From positions 1 through 16,189 of the forward strand of contig JAVVGL010000036.1 in assembly GCA_032249135.1 (NCBI GenBank): a stretch of DNA of 16,189 nt, given 5' to 3'. A program made the translations under genes and the position numbers. This document shows, piece by piece, positions 6,980-16,189 of the stretch. Source of the stretch: Candidatus Calescibacterium sp. GTDB lineage: Bacteria; Calescibacteriota; Calescibacteriia; Calescibacteriales; Calescibacteriaceae. Each line of letters opens with the position of its first letter. The first letter of the stretch is position 1. Under the pieces are notes generated by a model. The model saw only the letters and a program-made list of their open reading frames with translations, ran no database searches and was not told the origin of the DNA.

Positions 6980-7849
6980 ATGGAAAAACAAAAACAGAAA
7001 AGTCGAGAATACAGAAAAGAGCTGAAAAGGTTTGACCCTATCTTGAAAGAGATCTTCTCAAAAGCAGCTGGAAAACTTATATCCATAGCAACCGGTGAGA
7101 AAATCAATCAAAAAATTGAAGACATAACAGCCGAAATAGAATTTATCAAATCACTTCGTCCTGACATGGTTTTCAGAGCAGGAGATAAAATTTTCCATAT
7201 TGAAATTCAAGCCCAACAAGATAAGGATTTGCCCGAAAGGATGCTCATATATTCTCTGGCAATTAAGGAAAAATTTGGTCAAAAACCTGTGCAGATCATC
7301 TCGTTCGTGGGAAAAGGAAATCCTCCGCCTTCTCTGTTCAGGGACGAATTCACGATTCACAAATTCATAGTTTTAGATATGAAAAAAATAGATCCCGATG
7401 AGTTTATAAAAAGCAAAAAACCAGAGGAGGTTATCGTTGGAATTTTAGTGGGAAAATTCAAAGATAAACCCAAAATTATAAAAAAAGTCAAAGAAAGAAT
7501 TATAGAAATTGTGAAAAACGAAGAAAAAATTGCTAAATATATAGATAGTATAAGCTTTTTGGCAGGTTTATTTGATGTTAAAATAGAGGTGAAACCTATG
7601 CCAATACAAGTTGATATAAGGAAAACTTTCCTTTACAAATGGGGAAAAGAAGAGGGGTTAAAAGAATCAATTTTGAGGATTGTCAGAGTAAGATTTAGTA
7701 GTTCAAAAGCAAAGCAAATCAAAAAACTTTTAGAAAAAATAGATGATATAAAATACCTGAAAAAAATAGAAACAGAAGCAATAAAAGCAAAAACCTGGGA
7801 TGATTTTGTCAGATATATCAAAAACTCAAATTCAAAAAACAAAATTTAG
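6980..7849 (+). CDS. Rpn/YhgA-like PD-(D/E)xK nuclease (putative-transposase family)
   Basis: FDPILKEIF...RPDMVF...FHIEIQ...DLPERMLIY matches the Rpn-family PD...ExQ core, followed by a GKEEG linker and a short helical C-terminal domain (..RF......I..I.D...L....). Confidence 0.8.
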   Translation: MEKQKQKSREYRKELKRFDPILKEIFSKAAGKLISIATGEKINQKIEDITAEIEFIKSLRPDMVFRAGDKIFHIEIQAQQDKDLPERMLIYSLAIKEKFGQKPVQIISFVGKGNPPPSLFRDEFTIHKFIVLDMKKIDPDEFIKSKKPEEVIVGILVGKFKDKPKIIKKVKERIIEIVKNEEKIAKYIDSISFLAGLFDVKIEVKPMPIQVDIRKTFLYKWGKEEGLKESILRIVRVRFSSSKAKQIKKLLEKIDDIKYLKKIETEAIKAKTWDDFVRYIKNSNSKNKI

Positions 7850-8086
7850 CCACTCTATTTGATGTTAAAATAGAGGTAAAGCCTATTCCAATACAGGTTG
7901 ATATAAGAAAACTTTTCTTTATAAATGGGGTAGAGAAGAAGGTTTGAAAGAAGCAATTTTATTGGGAGTTCAAATCAAGTTTGGTAAATCAAAGGTGAAA
8001 GAGATAAAAACTCTTCTGGAAAAAGCTGATGATTTAAATCATCTCAAAAAAATAAAGAGAGAAATAATAAAAGCAAAAACCTGGGA
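7569..8086 (+). repeat. Imperfect tandem direct repeat (period ~286-287 bp) with two exact blocks
   Basis: TATTTGATGTTAAAATAGAGGT at 7569-7590 and 7856-7877 (22 bp). AATAAAAGCAAAAACCTGGGA at 7780-7800 and 8066-8086 (21 bp). Confidence 0.92.
7598..7849 (+). CDS. Predicted intragenic small protein (RpnS-like antitoxin), 83 aa, in frame within the Rpn-like gene
   Basis: SD GAGGTG at 7586-7591, 6 nt before in-frame ATG 7598 (7598-6980=618). Product MPIQVDIRKTFLYKWGKEEG...KNKI corresponds to the C-terminal domain. Confidence 0.65.
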   Translation: MPIQVDIRKTFLYKWGKEEGLKESILRIVRVRFSSSKAKQIKKLLEKIDDIKYLKKIETEAIKAKTWDDFVRYIKNSNSKNKI

Positions 8087-8120
8087 CGATTTTATCAAAG
8101 TGGTCAGAAATCACAAGTGA
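7856..8120 (+). pseudogene. Diverged, silenced duplicate of the Rpn C-terminal module (orphan cassette)
   Basis: Translates FDVKIEVKPIPIQVDIRK/(1-nt deletion in A-run 7908-7911)/TFLYKWGREEGLKEAILLGVQIKFGKSKVKEIKTLLEKADDLNHLKKIKREIIKAKTWDDFIKVVRNHK* with TGA at 8118-8120. About 51/78 aa identical to 7598-7849 by hand count. The ATG is replaced by ATT at 7885-7887. Confidence 0.9.
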
Positions 8121-8121
8121 T

Positions 8122-9066
8122 CTATTTAACCCCGAGTTTCTGTTTGAACCATTCTATTGTTTTTTTTAGACCTTCACGAAAAGGTGTTTTTGGTTCCCAT
8201 CCTAACACTCTCTTTATTTTAGATATATCTGGTCGCCTTTTTTTTGGGTCGTCTGGGAGGGCAGGTCTGAAAACAATTTCAGATTTTGATCCTGTCATCT
8301 CCTTTATTATCATCGCAGTCTCAATAACAGAATATTCCTCCGGATTTCCAACATTGAAAACTTCACCTGATATTCCGTCTGCTGTTGCTATTTTGAAAAT
8401 TCCTTCAACAAGGTCTTTGACATAGCAATAGCTCCTCGTCTGCGTTCCGTCTCCATTTATTTCTAAGGGCTTACCCAAAAGAGCAGCAGTTATAAAGGAT
8501 GGAATAACTCTACCATCATCTGCTCTCATTCTCTCTCCGTATGTGTTAAAAATTCTTGCTATTCTGACATCAACCTTGTGCTCCCTAAAATAAGCCATGC
8601 AAAGTGCCTCAGCAAACCTCTTTGCCTCATCATAAACGCTGCGAGGACCTATTGGATTCACATTTCCAAAGTAAGTTTCAGGCTGAGGATGAACAAGGGG
8701 ATCTCCATAAACTTCGGAAGTTGAGGCAAGGACATACCTTGCTTTTTTTTCTTTTGCAAGTCCTAATGTGTTCAAAGTTCCCAAAGAATCAACTTTCATC
8801 GTATGAATAGGGTGGTTAAAGTAATCTTTTGGTGATGCGGGAGAGGCAAAATGCAAAATCAAATCTAATTTTCCTGAAATATAAATGAAATTTACAACAT
8901 TGTACTTTATAAAGTGAAATCTTTCGTTTTCAAGAAGATGAGCTATATTATCTGGTGAGCCTGTGAGGAAATTATCTATTCCTATAACATAAGCACCCTC
9001 CTGAAGGAATTTCTCTGCAAGATGAGAGCCGATAAAACCTGCAACACCAGTTATAAGCACTCTCAT
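8122..9066 (-). CDS. UDP-glucuronate decarboxylase (UXS)-like extended SDR / NAD-dependent epimerase-dehydratase
   Basis: Motifs [46 protein letters not shown] (YxxxK), [17 protein letters not shown] and [10 protein letters not shown]. Confidence 0.92.
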   Translation of the reverse strand: MRVLITGVAGFIGSHLAEKFLQEGAYVIGIDNFLTGSPDNIAHLLENERFHFIKYNVVNFIYISGKLDLILHFASPASPKDYFNHPIHTMKVDSLGTLNTLGLAKEKKARYVLASTSEVYGDPLVHPQPETYFGNVNPIGPRSVYDEAKRFAEALCMAYFREHKVDVRIARIFNTYGERMRADDGRVIPSFITAALLGKPLEINGDGTQTRSYCYVKDLVEGIFKIATADGISGEVFNVGNPEEYSVIETAMIIKEMTGSKSEIVFRPALPDDPKKRRPDISKIKRVLGWEPKTPFREGLKKTIEWFKQKLGVK

Positions 9067-9190
9067 ACTTTTAAAAATTGATTTTTTATTCAGAGTTTCT
9101 CTATAATCAAAAGATTTTATAAGTTCAGCTAAACATATCTAACTCTGCCTTATCCCCAAAATTTTTTACCAGCAGATTTTCCGTTTGAAT

Positions 9191-10768
9191 TTAATATTTG
9201 AAGTTTTTGACAAGGTCAAGAAGTTTTTGAGCTTTTACTTTAAGTTCAGAAATCCTCTCCTTTATTGAGAGTAATGAACTTCGTGAGTTTTCAAGTGATT
9301 GGGCAATATAAGTTATGCTCCTTGATATTTCTGCAGAAGTTCTCTCCTGTTCTTCAAAAGATGTAGCTATTGCTGATACCTGCTCTTTTATCTTTGAGAA
9401 GTTCTGAGTCACTTTTTGTAAAACTGCAACATTTTCAGAGGCTTTTTGAGCGTTCTCGTGAACTTTCAAAGATATTTCATTTATGCTTGACATAGCTTTG
9501 TTCATCTCATCTGTAAATTTTGAAACTATTTGAGATATCTCTTTTGCCATCTGAGAAGTTCTACCTGCAAGTCTTCTCACTTCTTCTGCAACGACCGCAA
9601 ATCCCTTTCCATGTTCCCCCGCTCTTGCTGCCTCTATTGAAGCGTTCAAAGAAAGAAGATTTGTCTGCTCAGTAATATCCATTATACCTGAAACAAAATC
9701 CTTTATTTTCTTTTGAATTTCCTCAACTCTTTTCATTCCAGAAATAACATTTTGCATACCGTAAGAAAGCTCCTGAATACCAGTTAGAGAAGAAATTATT
9801 TCTTTGCTCCCCTCCGCAAAGCTCCTTCCTGCTTCCTCAGTGAAGTGAGATATGCTTGAAAGATTTTTTGCAGATTCTGATATTGTTGAAGAGAACTGCT
9901 CTGCTGATGTAGAAATTCTTGCTATCTCATCAAGCTGAGTAGAAATTGCACTATAAAAGTTTTCAACAAGTTTATAATTTTCATCAACAAAAGCATAAAG
10001 ATCATTTACTGTACTCACAACTTGACTCACTATTTCTCTGAGTTTATCTAAAAATGAATTGAAGTTTTGTGCTAACTGTCCCATTTCATCTTGGGTTTCA
10101 ACCTTTATCCTTTTGGTAAGATCACTCGCACCTTTTGCCATACCAGAAAGAGACCTTGAAACCCTTAATATAGCTCTTGATACATTTGAAGAATAAAGAA
10201 AACCAATAATAGATAAGAAGATCAAAGATAAAACTATAGATAAAATAACCGAAAGATTCTGCATCGCAACTATATTTCTTATCCTTTCTGAATAGCTTCC
10301 TTTGAGCTTATCATATCCCTCCCTCACCTTCAAGTTGTAATCTGTAAGTTGAGATAAAATTTCAGGATCAAACCCAGAATCAGACTGAGAAGCTTTACGG
10401 ATAAGCTCTTTATATTTTTTTACCTCATCTTCAAAAAATGCTACTTTAAGTCCTAATGCTCTGAATTTGCCCAAATATGTTTCCAATTCGTCAAAAAGAG
10501 GCAAAGCATCTTGAAGTTTTTGAGGAGCAGAAAATTTTATCGCTTCCCCCACACCTTTATCTATTTCTCTCAAAGTGTTATCAATCATCAAAATATTCTC
10601 ATAATTTACAGCCATACGGGTTATCCTCTGCCCGCTGAAAAAAATGAAAATTCCCGCTATAAAAAATGCAAAGGAACCTAATACGAACCCTAAAATCAGT
10701 TTTGCCTTAATACTTAGTTTCGGGAGTAAATCCCTCATAGTAAAAAATTTAAAAATTAAAAGAACCAT
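9191..10768 (-). CDS. Methyl-accepting chemotaxis protein (2 TM, periplasmic sensor, HAMP, MA domain); start may be ATG 10738
   Basis: Two TM segments, [26 protein letters not shown], and signalling tip [37 protein letters not shown]. Confidence 0.96.
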   Translation of the reverse strand: MVLLIFKFFTMRDLLPKLSIKAKLILGFVLGSFAFFIAGIFIFFSGQRITRMAVNYENILMIDNTLREIDKGVGEAIKFSAPQKLQDALPLFDELETYLGKFRALGLKVAFFEDEVKKYKELIRKASQSDSGFDPEILSQLTDYNLKVREGYDKLKGSYSERIRNIVAMQNLSVILSIVLSLIFLSIIGFLYSSNVSRAILRVSRSLSGMAKGASDLTKRIKVETQDEMGQLAQNFNSFLDKLREIVSQVVSTVNDLYAFVDENYKLVENFYSAISTQLDEIARISTSAEQFSSTISESAKNLSSISHFTEEAGRSFAEGSKEIISSLTGIQELSYGMQNVISGMKRVEEIQKKIKDFVSGIMDITEQTNLLSLNASIEAARAGEHGKGFAVVAEEVRRLAGRTSQMAKEISQIVSKFTDEMNKAMSSINEISLKVHENAQKASENVAVLQKVTQNFSKIKEQVSAIATSFEEQERTSAEISRSITYIAQSLENSRSSLLSIKERISELKVKAQKLLDLVKNFKY

Positions 10769-10896
10769 TTTGTGAAAAATTTTAACTGCAAGGAAAAAGA
10801 ATTTTTTAGATAATAAAGTATAATATATTCATCCTCTATATGTTCTCTATTGCATGTAGTAAGAAATACAATTATTGAAATTTATTGAAATTGCTA

Positions 10897-12060
10897 TTAG
10901 AATGTTGCTTCTTTGTTCCTGGATTTTTCTTTCTGTTCTAAAATTTCAAGGATTTTAGACAATATCTCCTCTGGATTTTTTCCAGTCTTTGAAACTGGAA
11001 CACCATCTATATAGAATGCGGTAGAAGTTCCACCACCAACTACTCCAACATCTGCGACATACGATTCTCCGGGACCATTTACAACACATCCCATTACTGC
11101 AACGGAGGATTTTATCTTTCTCTTTATCATTTCTGTTTCAAGCTCTTCCGCGATTTTCATAACATCAATTTGAGTTCGTGCGCAGGTCGGACAAGCTATA
11201 ACTTTTCCCTCCTCTTTTCTTAAACCTAATGATTCTAAAATTCTTTTTCCAACTATAACCTCGTCTCTGGCAGGAGCTGCAAGAGAGACCCTTATTGTAT
11301 CTCCTATTCCATGCCATAAAAGAATTCCCAAAGCAACGGCAGATCTTGCAGTTCCTGAAATCTTCGTGCCAGCTTCTGTGACACCAACATGCAGTGGATA
11401 ATCACTCAAAGATGAAAAAAGAAAATAAGCTAAAATAGTATCAAAAGGAGAAGATGATTTTAAAGATACTTTCATGTTGTAGTACCCCATACTTTCTATA
11501 AGTCTAACATTATAAAGGGCACTTTCGCACAGAGCGTACGGATTTGGTTTCCCATACCTTTTCAATATAGGTTTCTCAAGGGACCCAGAATTTACTCCGA
11601 CCCTTATCGGTGTATTTGTTTTTTTTGCTAAATCAACTATTTTTTCAAGTTTCTCTATGCCTCCAACTTTTATATTTCCCGGATTTATTCTTACACAGTC
11701 TGCAAGCCCATCTTGTAAAACTAAAATAGCCATTCTTGGGTCAAAGTGAATATCAGCAACTATTGGAATTTTAACCTTATCTCTTATTTTTGAAAGTGAA
11801 ATCACGGATTTTTCATCAGGAACCGATATTCTAACTATGTCCGCCCCTACTTCCTCTATTTCTTTTATTTCTTGAAGTAAAGCATCTGTGTCCTCTGTCG
11901 GATTTTTTGTCATAGTTTGAACAGAAATAGGAGCATCACCACCAACGAAAACATTTCCCACCTTTATTTTCTTTGTTTTTCTCCTGGGAAATGGTCCAAA
12001 ATTTTTCTTCAAACTTGAAACTTTTTCATGAACCTCTTCAAAAATATCTTTTTCGCTCAT
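10897..12060 (-). CDS. ispG: (E)-4-hydroxy-3-methylbut-2-enyl-diphosphate synthase (GcpE)
   Basis: Motifs VGGDAPISVQTMT, ADIHFD, RINPGNI, IRVGVNSGSL, YPLHVGVTEAG, GIGDTIRVSL, and Fe-S ligands CPTC...MGCVVNGPGE. ATG 12060 is preferred to TTG 12105 (start uncertain). Confidence 0.97.
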   Translation of the reverse strand: MSEKDIFEEVHEKVSSLKKNFGPFPRRKTKKIKVGNVFVGGDAPISVQTMTKNPTEDTDALLQEIKEIEEVGADIVRISVPDEKSVISLSKIRDKVKIPIVADIHFDPRMAILVLQDGLADCVRINPGNIKVGGIEKLEKIVDLAKKTNTPIRVGVNSGSLEKPILKRYGKPNPYALCESALYNVRLIESMGYYNMKVSLKSSSPFDTILAYFLFSSLSDYPLHVGVTEAGTKISGTARSAVALGILLWHGIGDTIRVSLAAPARDEVIVGKRILESLGLRKEEGKVIACPTCARTQIDVMKIAEELETEMIKRKIKSSVAVMGCVVNGPGESYVADVGVVGGGTSTAFYIDGVPVSKTGKNPEEILSKILEILEQKEKSRNKEATF

Positions 12061-12130
12061 TCTTTTTAATTTTAACCTTGCTGACAAAAATTTATGATTT
12101 TTCAAGTATCAAATAAGATATATTATTTTT

Positions 12131-12718
12131 TTGATGGTGAAAGAGGGAAACATCATATCAATAATAGGTTTAGGAAATTGGGGAAAAGAGTATTTGAGGA
12201 CACGCCATAATTTTGGTTTCATATTCTGCGATTTCATAGCGGAAAAAACAGGTGAAAAGTTCAAAAATCTCAAATTTGGAGCCTATTTTGAAACTCAAAT
12301 TGAGGGTAAACGAGTATTTGTATTCAAAGGGAAAACTTTTATGAATATATCAGGCGAAGCAGCAAAAAAATTTTTAGATGAGTTCAATCTTTGGGGATAT
12401 GAGATTATAGTATGCCACGATGATTTAGATATACCTTTTGGTATGATAAGAATAAAGAAAAATGGAGGCACTGGCGGACACAAAGGAGTAGAATCAATAG
12501 TAAAAAACATAGGTAAAGACAACATAAGATTTAGATTTGGAATAGGAAGACCAGGAAAAGACAAAAATATAGCGGATTATGTTTTGAGCGAATTTTCAGA
12601 CGAAGAGTTAAATAATTTAGAAAAAATTTTAGAGTTAGGTTTTTCAGCTTTAATCACCCTTGCAAGCGAGGGAGTTGAAAAGGCTATGAGCTTATACAAC
12701 GGCAGAAAAATTTTCTGA
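12131..12718 (+). CDS. pth: Peptidyl-tRNA hydrolase
   Basis: Motifs GLGNWGKEYLRTRHNFGF, TFMNISG, HDDLD, GGTGGHKG, RFRFGIGRP and DYVLSEF. The start may be ATG 12134. Confidence 0.96.
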   Translation: MMVKEGNIISIIGLGNWGKEYLRTRHNFGFIFCDFIAEKTGEKFKNLKFGAYFETQIEGKRVFVFKGKTFMNISGEAAKKFLDEFNLWGYEIIVCHDDLDIPFGMIRIKKNGGTGGHKGVESIVKNIGKDNIRFRFGIGRPGKDKNIADYVLSEFSDEELNNLEKILELGFSALITLASEGVEKAMSLYNGRKIF

Positions 12719-12720
12719 TA

Positions 12721-13194
12721 CTACCATCTGTAATGAGCAAATGTTCTGTTTGCCTCTGCAATTTTGTGTAGCTCTTCTTTCTTCTTCACAGCTTCACCTT
12801 TGCCCGCAGCCGCATCCATTATCTCGTACGCAAGTTTTTCTATCATTGTTCTCTTATCTTTTCTTTCACGAGCTGCTTCAACTAAAAATTTCAAACCAAG
12901 ATGAAGCTTCCTCCTATCAATACACTCAACTGGAATCTGATATGTAGCACCTCCGACCCTACGACTACGCACCTCCATCTCGGGTTTAACATTTTCAAGA
13001 GCTTTCTTGAAAACTTCAAGTGGATCCTGTCCTGTCACTTTTCTTATGAGTTCAAAAGCCGAATAAACAATGTACCTTGCAAGAGATTTTTTCCCGTCAT
13101 ACATTATTTTATTTATTAATTTTTCCACCTCAACACTTCCGTATACCAAATCAGGTTTTATTTCTCTTACTTCAACTTTTCCTTTTCGTGGCAT
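12721..13194 (-). CDS. rpsG: 30S ribosomal protein S7
   Basis: MPRKG, DGKKSLA, EVRSRRVGGATYQIPVE, AEANRTFAHYRW; SD GGAGGT upstream. Confidence 0.99.
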   Translation of the reverse strand: MPRKGKVEVREIKPDLVYGSVEVEKLINKIMYDGKKSLARYIVYSAFELIRKVTGQDPLEVFKKALENVKPEMEVRSRRVGGATYQIPVECIDRRKLHLGLKFLVEAARERKDKRTMIEKLAYEIMDAAAGKGEAVKKKEELHKIAEANRTFAHYRW

Positions 13195-13252
13195 AAAAAA
13201 TTACCTCCTTTTGTTTTAGATTTTTCTTATTACATTTTACATTTCAAGTTTT

Positions 13253-13648
13253 TTATTTTTTAGCTTGTACTTCCCCTTTTGGTCTTTTCGTTCCGTATTT
13301 TGACCTTGATTTTCTCCTATTTTCCACACCAGCAGCATCAAGAGCACCGCGAATTATATGATATTTTACTCCGGGCAAATCCTTAACTCTACCGCCTCTC
13401 ACAAGAACAACAGAGTGTTCCTGCAAATTATGTCCTATACCTGGAATATAAGCAATTACTTCTCTGCCATTTGAGAGTCTAACTTTTGCAACCTTTCTTA
13501 AAGCTGAGTTCGGTTTTTTCGGAGTTGTAGTATAAACCCTGATACATACTCCCCTTTTTTGCGGGCAACCTTCAAGAGCAGGAGATTTGCTCTTCCATTT
13601 TTTAGGTTCTCTTCCAAACCTTATAAGCTGATTTATGGTAGGTGGCAT
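13253..13648 (-). CDS. rpsL: 30S ribosomal protein S12
   Basis: [48 protein letters not shown]. Confidence 0.99.
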   Translation of the reverse strand: MPPTINQLIRFGREPKKWKSKSPALEGCPQKRGVCIRVYTTTPKKPNSALRKVAKVRLSNGREVIAYIPGIGHNLQEHSVVLVRGGRVKDLPGVKYHIIRGALDAAGVENRRKSRSKYGTKRPKGEVQAKK

Positions 13649-13700
13649 ATTTTTTAAAAATAAAAGACAAAAGAAAAGAATAGAAAAAATCAGAAATTTA

Positions 13701-16189
13701 CTATTTCAAAAATGCCCTAAAAAGCCAACCAGAGAAATCAAGTAAGAAAACCATATTTTTAGCTCCTCTGAAATATTTCATCGCCTTTGCGCCTATATCA
13801 AATAGTGCTGGCGTTACAGCAAAGATATTTATATTTTCCTTACCAGAAGTTCTAACAAAATCAGTTGCGTCAAAGATCAAAAGAGCGGATATTTTTGAAT
13901 AAATTTGAGGTATTGAAAGACCAACGAAAATAAAATCAAGTAAACCTCCGCCAAAAAACTCATCTATTACAGACTGCACATCAAACTCAGACACAGAAGG
14001 ATAAATACCAGCATACCAAGAAAACTCTTTTATCTTTGCAAGATCTATACCAAATGTTCTTATTTTTATATAATTCCCCTCTGATGAAACCTCAAAAAGA
14101 ATATTCTGATATAATTTCAAGAGCCCCCCTCCCTCACCTTGAAGTTCCTTTTCCACTTTTCCTCCCCTTATAAGATATAAAGAGTTTGTTGAAGACATAA
14201 CCACATCCCCTGATGGAAAAATCTCAAAAGATACAGGAGAACTATCAAATACCAATCTTGATACCTCTTTCAGAGTGAATGAAGAGAGGTCAAGATCTAA
14301 CTCTACTACTGTGAATTGCGTACTTTGGCATACTGTTCCACCAACAACCACCTTATACCTGCCAGAATCCAATTTTTTAACATAGAAAGAATTAATTGAG
14401 TGAATGCCGAGCTCAGAGTAAGGTTTATAAATTTTCGGCTTACGCTTGCGAACAGAATCCTTATCTCTGAAATCGTAAATTAAAATCCCTGAAAAAATCC
14501 ACTCCTCTCCACAACCTGACCTTTCTAAAACAGCAGCTATAATATTTTCATCTAAATAATGCTTTTTGACAGAGTAATTTACATCAGCAAATTTTCCATC
14601 AGGTTTGATATACAAATGAAGATCTAAATCTTGAAAATTTCCAGCCCTATCAAATCTCAATATTTCAATCCCGCCAATACCTCCAACAGATAAGTAGATT
14701 GTAGTTTCGGTTTGAAAACCAGAAAGAGATTCTGGCTGAACTCCAAGAGACTCATAGTCAAGCGGATTTAACCTATTTCCACTGAAATCATACGCAGAAA
14801 TAAATCCACCCGAATATAAAATTGATGTAGAACTCCAAGAGTATATAATTTTACTTTGTGGCTCAAAAGTTATGCAGTTCTTCCACTTCAATACCTGCCC
14901 CCCAAAAAACATAAAAGGGTATATACCACTCTTTTCGCACCTCTTTCCACCATCTAACCTATCAAGACATATAAGAGATAAAATACAAACTCCTTTATCA
15001 CTACACAAAGAAAAACTCTGAGGAATAAAAAAGTCTAAAATGTTTATGTTGTAATTATATGGATCAGACAAAGGACATATTTCTGAATGAGGGATATTCT
15101 GAACCACTTGTTCCATAGGTATATTTGTTCTATTTACAAGCTGACAAGAACCTTCTTCACAAGACGATATATCAAAAATATATGTTCTTGATGCGAATAG
15201 ATTTTCCTGTTCACCCGTTGAAATAATAATATAAATTCTCCCTCCTTCTTTGAAAAAAGAAATCCGAGTTGGAGTATAATCTAAATCAAACTCATATTTT
15301 TTCTCATAACCCTGAACTATGTAAGATTTATAAAAATTATCATAACTTATTTTCATCTTATATACCACTACCTTGTTCTGACGCTCAACTTTGTGTGCAA
15401 AGAATAAAAAATTCCCTTCCCTGAAAATTGAGTAAGGAGAAGAAAAGTTATAGTCTAAATTAGTTGAAAAATCAAATTCAAAAGAGGGATAAGGTATAAA
15501 ATACCTGAAAGAATTGCCAGAGAACAAAGCAATAGCAGTTAAAAAATTTGGGTAATGCAAAAAGGAGGCATCAGCATAGTCGCGGCTTATTTCAAAGATT
15601 TTTTTGTTCCAATTGACATAAGAACCAGAAATTTCAAAACCAAAAATCTGCCCAGCAGCTTTATAAACCAAAAGTTTTTCATTTTGAGTTTCTCCAATAT
15701 CAACTCCATAAACACTTTCTGCAAACCTTCCGGATGAGTCAAATATAAACCTTCCATCTCGGAATGAATACTCCTGAACACCAAAATCAACTCTTGAAGA
15801 AAAAAGCTTTAACGAATCTCCCAAATCAGCGGCAAAAACTTGGGGACGCTGAACAACAAAAGGTAAGAAACCAAAACTTTCAATTCTTCTCGCAACATAT
15901 ATAGGAATAAGATTTGTACTTTCACACTCGTTTCCACCATCGTCTATAACTTTAACACGAGGAGTATATATCCCGAGTTTCTGGTATGTAAATGAAAATG
16001 TAGGTTGATTGGTTTCTCCGTCTTGCTGAAATTCTCCTCCCTGATTATCTGCATCCCATATAAATTTAAAATCGCATTTTATCTCGTCTTGTGGAGAGAA
16101 GCTTCCACATCTATCGTCTGAAACTACCGCACCGAGCTGAACACCAAACGGAGGCAACCCAATAACATCCCCACGAGGGGGAGAAACAA
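13701..16189 (-). CDS. Large PKD-domain, beta-rich, probably exported protein; 5' end outside window
   Basis: The frame stays open from 16157 to the window edge ([18 protein letters not shown]...). PKD pattern F.WDAD..G.F...F.Y...G.Y...V.V.DD.G, then ~700 aa of short beta-strands (propeller-like) with several Cys. Confidence 0.7.
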   Translation of the reverse strand, partial: VSPPRGDVIGLPPFGVQLGAVVSDDRCGSFSPQDEIKCDFKFIWDADNQGGEFQQDGETNQPTFSFTYQKLGIYTPRVKVIDDGGNECESTNLIPIYVARRIESFGFLPFVVQRPQVFAADLGDSLKLFSSRVDFGVQEYSFRDGRFIFDSSGRFAESVYGVDIGETQNEKLLVYKAAGQIFGFEISGSYVNWNKKIFEISRDYADASFLHYPNFLTAIALFSGNSFRYFIPYPSFEFDFSTNLDYNFSSPYSIFREGNFLFFAHKVERQNKVVVYKMKISYDNFYKSYIVQGYEKKYEFDLDYTPTRISFFKEGGRIYIIISTGEQENLFASRTYIFDISSCEEGSCQLVNRTNIPMEQVVQNIPHSEICPLSDPYNYNINILDFFIPQSFSLCSDKGVCILSLICLDRLDGGKRCEKSGIYPFMFFGGQVLKWKNCITFEPQSKIIYSWSSTSILYSGGFISAYDFSGNRLNPLDYESLGVQPESLSGFQTETTIYLSVGGIGGIEILRFDRAGNFQDLDLHLYIKPDGKFADVNYSVKKHYLDENIIAAVLERSGCGEEWIFSGILIYDFRDKDSVRKRKPKIYKPYSELGIHSINSFYVKKLDSGRYKVVVGGTVCQSTQFTVVELDLDLSSFTLKEVSRLVFDSSPVSFEIFPSGDVVMSSTNSLYLIRGGKVEKELQGEGGGLLKLYQNILFEVSSEGNYIKIRTFGIDLAKIKEFSWYAGIYPSVSEFDVQSVIDEFFGGGLLDFIFVGLSIPQIYSKISALLIFDATDFVRTSGKENINIFAVTPALFDIGAKAMKYFRGAKNMVFLLDFSGWLFRAFLK

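Noticed and set aside
7569-8120. Repeat pair as a DGR template/variable repeat or CRISPR array
   Set aside because: Differences are not confined to adenines, there is no reverse transcriptase or cas gene in the window, and there are only two long coding-type units.
6840-8121. Rpn locus as an IS element
   Set aside because: I found no terminal inverted repeats or target-site duplication, and the Rpn family is not shown to be a true transposase.
10872-10892. Short direct repeat TTATTGAAAT x2
   Set aside because: Short and AT-rich; expected by chance.
1341-15790. Remaining short ORFs in the track (e.g. 1744-1980, 3817-4122, 3836-4207, 5009-5308, 6191-6550, 8117-8425, 12295-12564, 15587-15790)
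   Set aside because: Antisense or off-frame shadows of well-supported genes, or low-complexity AT-rich frames, with no recognisable motifs.
16124-16189. Lipobox-like peptide [12 protein letters not shown] in another minus-strand frame at the window edge
   Set aside because: That frame stops after ~21 codons, while the PKD frame is open and PKD-like through the same bases, so no frameshift is needed.

Overview
AT-rich bacterial chromosomal window, mostly minus-strand genes; the Lys/Glu/Ile-rich proteins suggest a thermophile (inference). From the left: (1) a nitrogen-assimilation cluster read right-to-left: NifA-like sigma54 activator with an apparently degenerate GAF, then glnA (GSI-beta), a secreted beta-barrel-like protein, a stand-alone PtsP-type GAF protein and amtB, which runs off the left edge. 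No P-II gene is visible. A sigma54-like -24 element and two tandem operator-like boxes lie upstream of glnA. (2) An LLM-class flavin monooxygenase with a perfect 18-bp palindrome upstream. (3) An Rpn/YhgA-like PD-(D/E)xK nuclease gene on the plus strand. It has a strong internal SD+ATG (candidate intragenic antitoxin) and is followed at once by an unannotated, diverged, silenced second copy of that C-terminal module, bounded by 22- and 21-bp identical blocks. (4) Housekeeping-type genes: UDP-glucuronate decarboxylase-like SDR, an MCP, ispG, pth, rpsG and rpsL (not followed by fusA), and a 5'-truncated large PKD-domain protein. The best candidates for undescribed biology are the Rpn C-terminal cassette arrangement and the GAF-based, apparently P-II-less glnA-amtB regulatory module.
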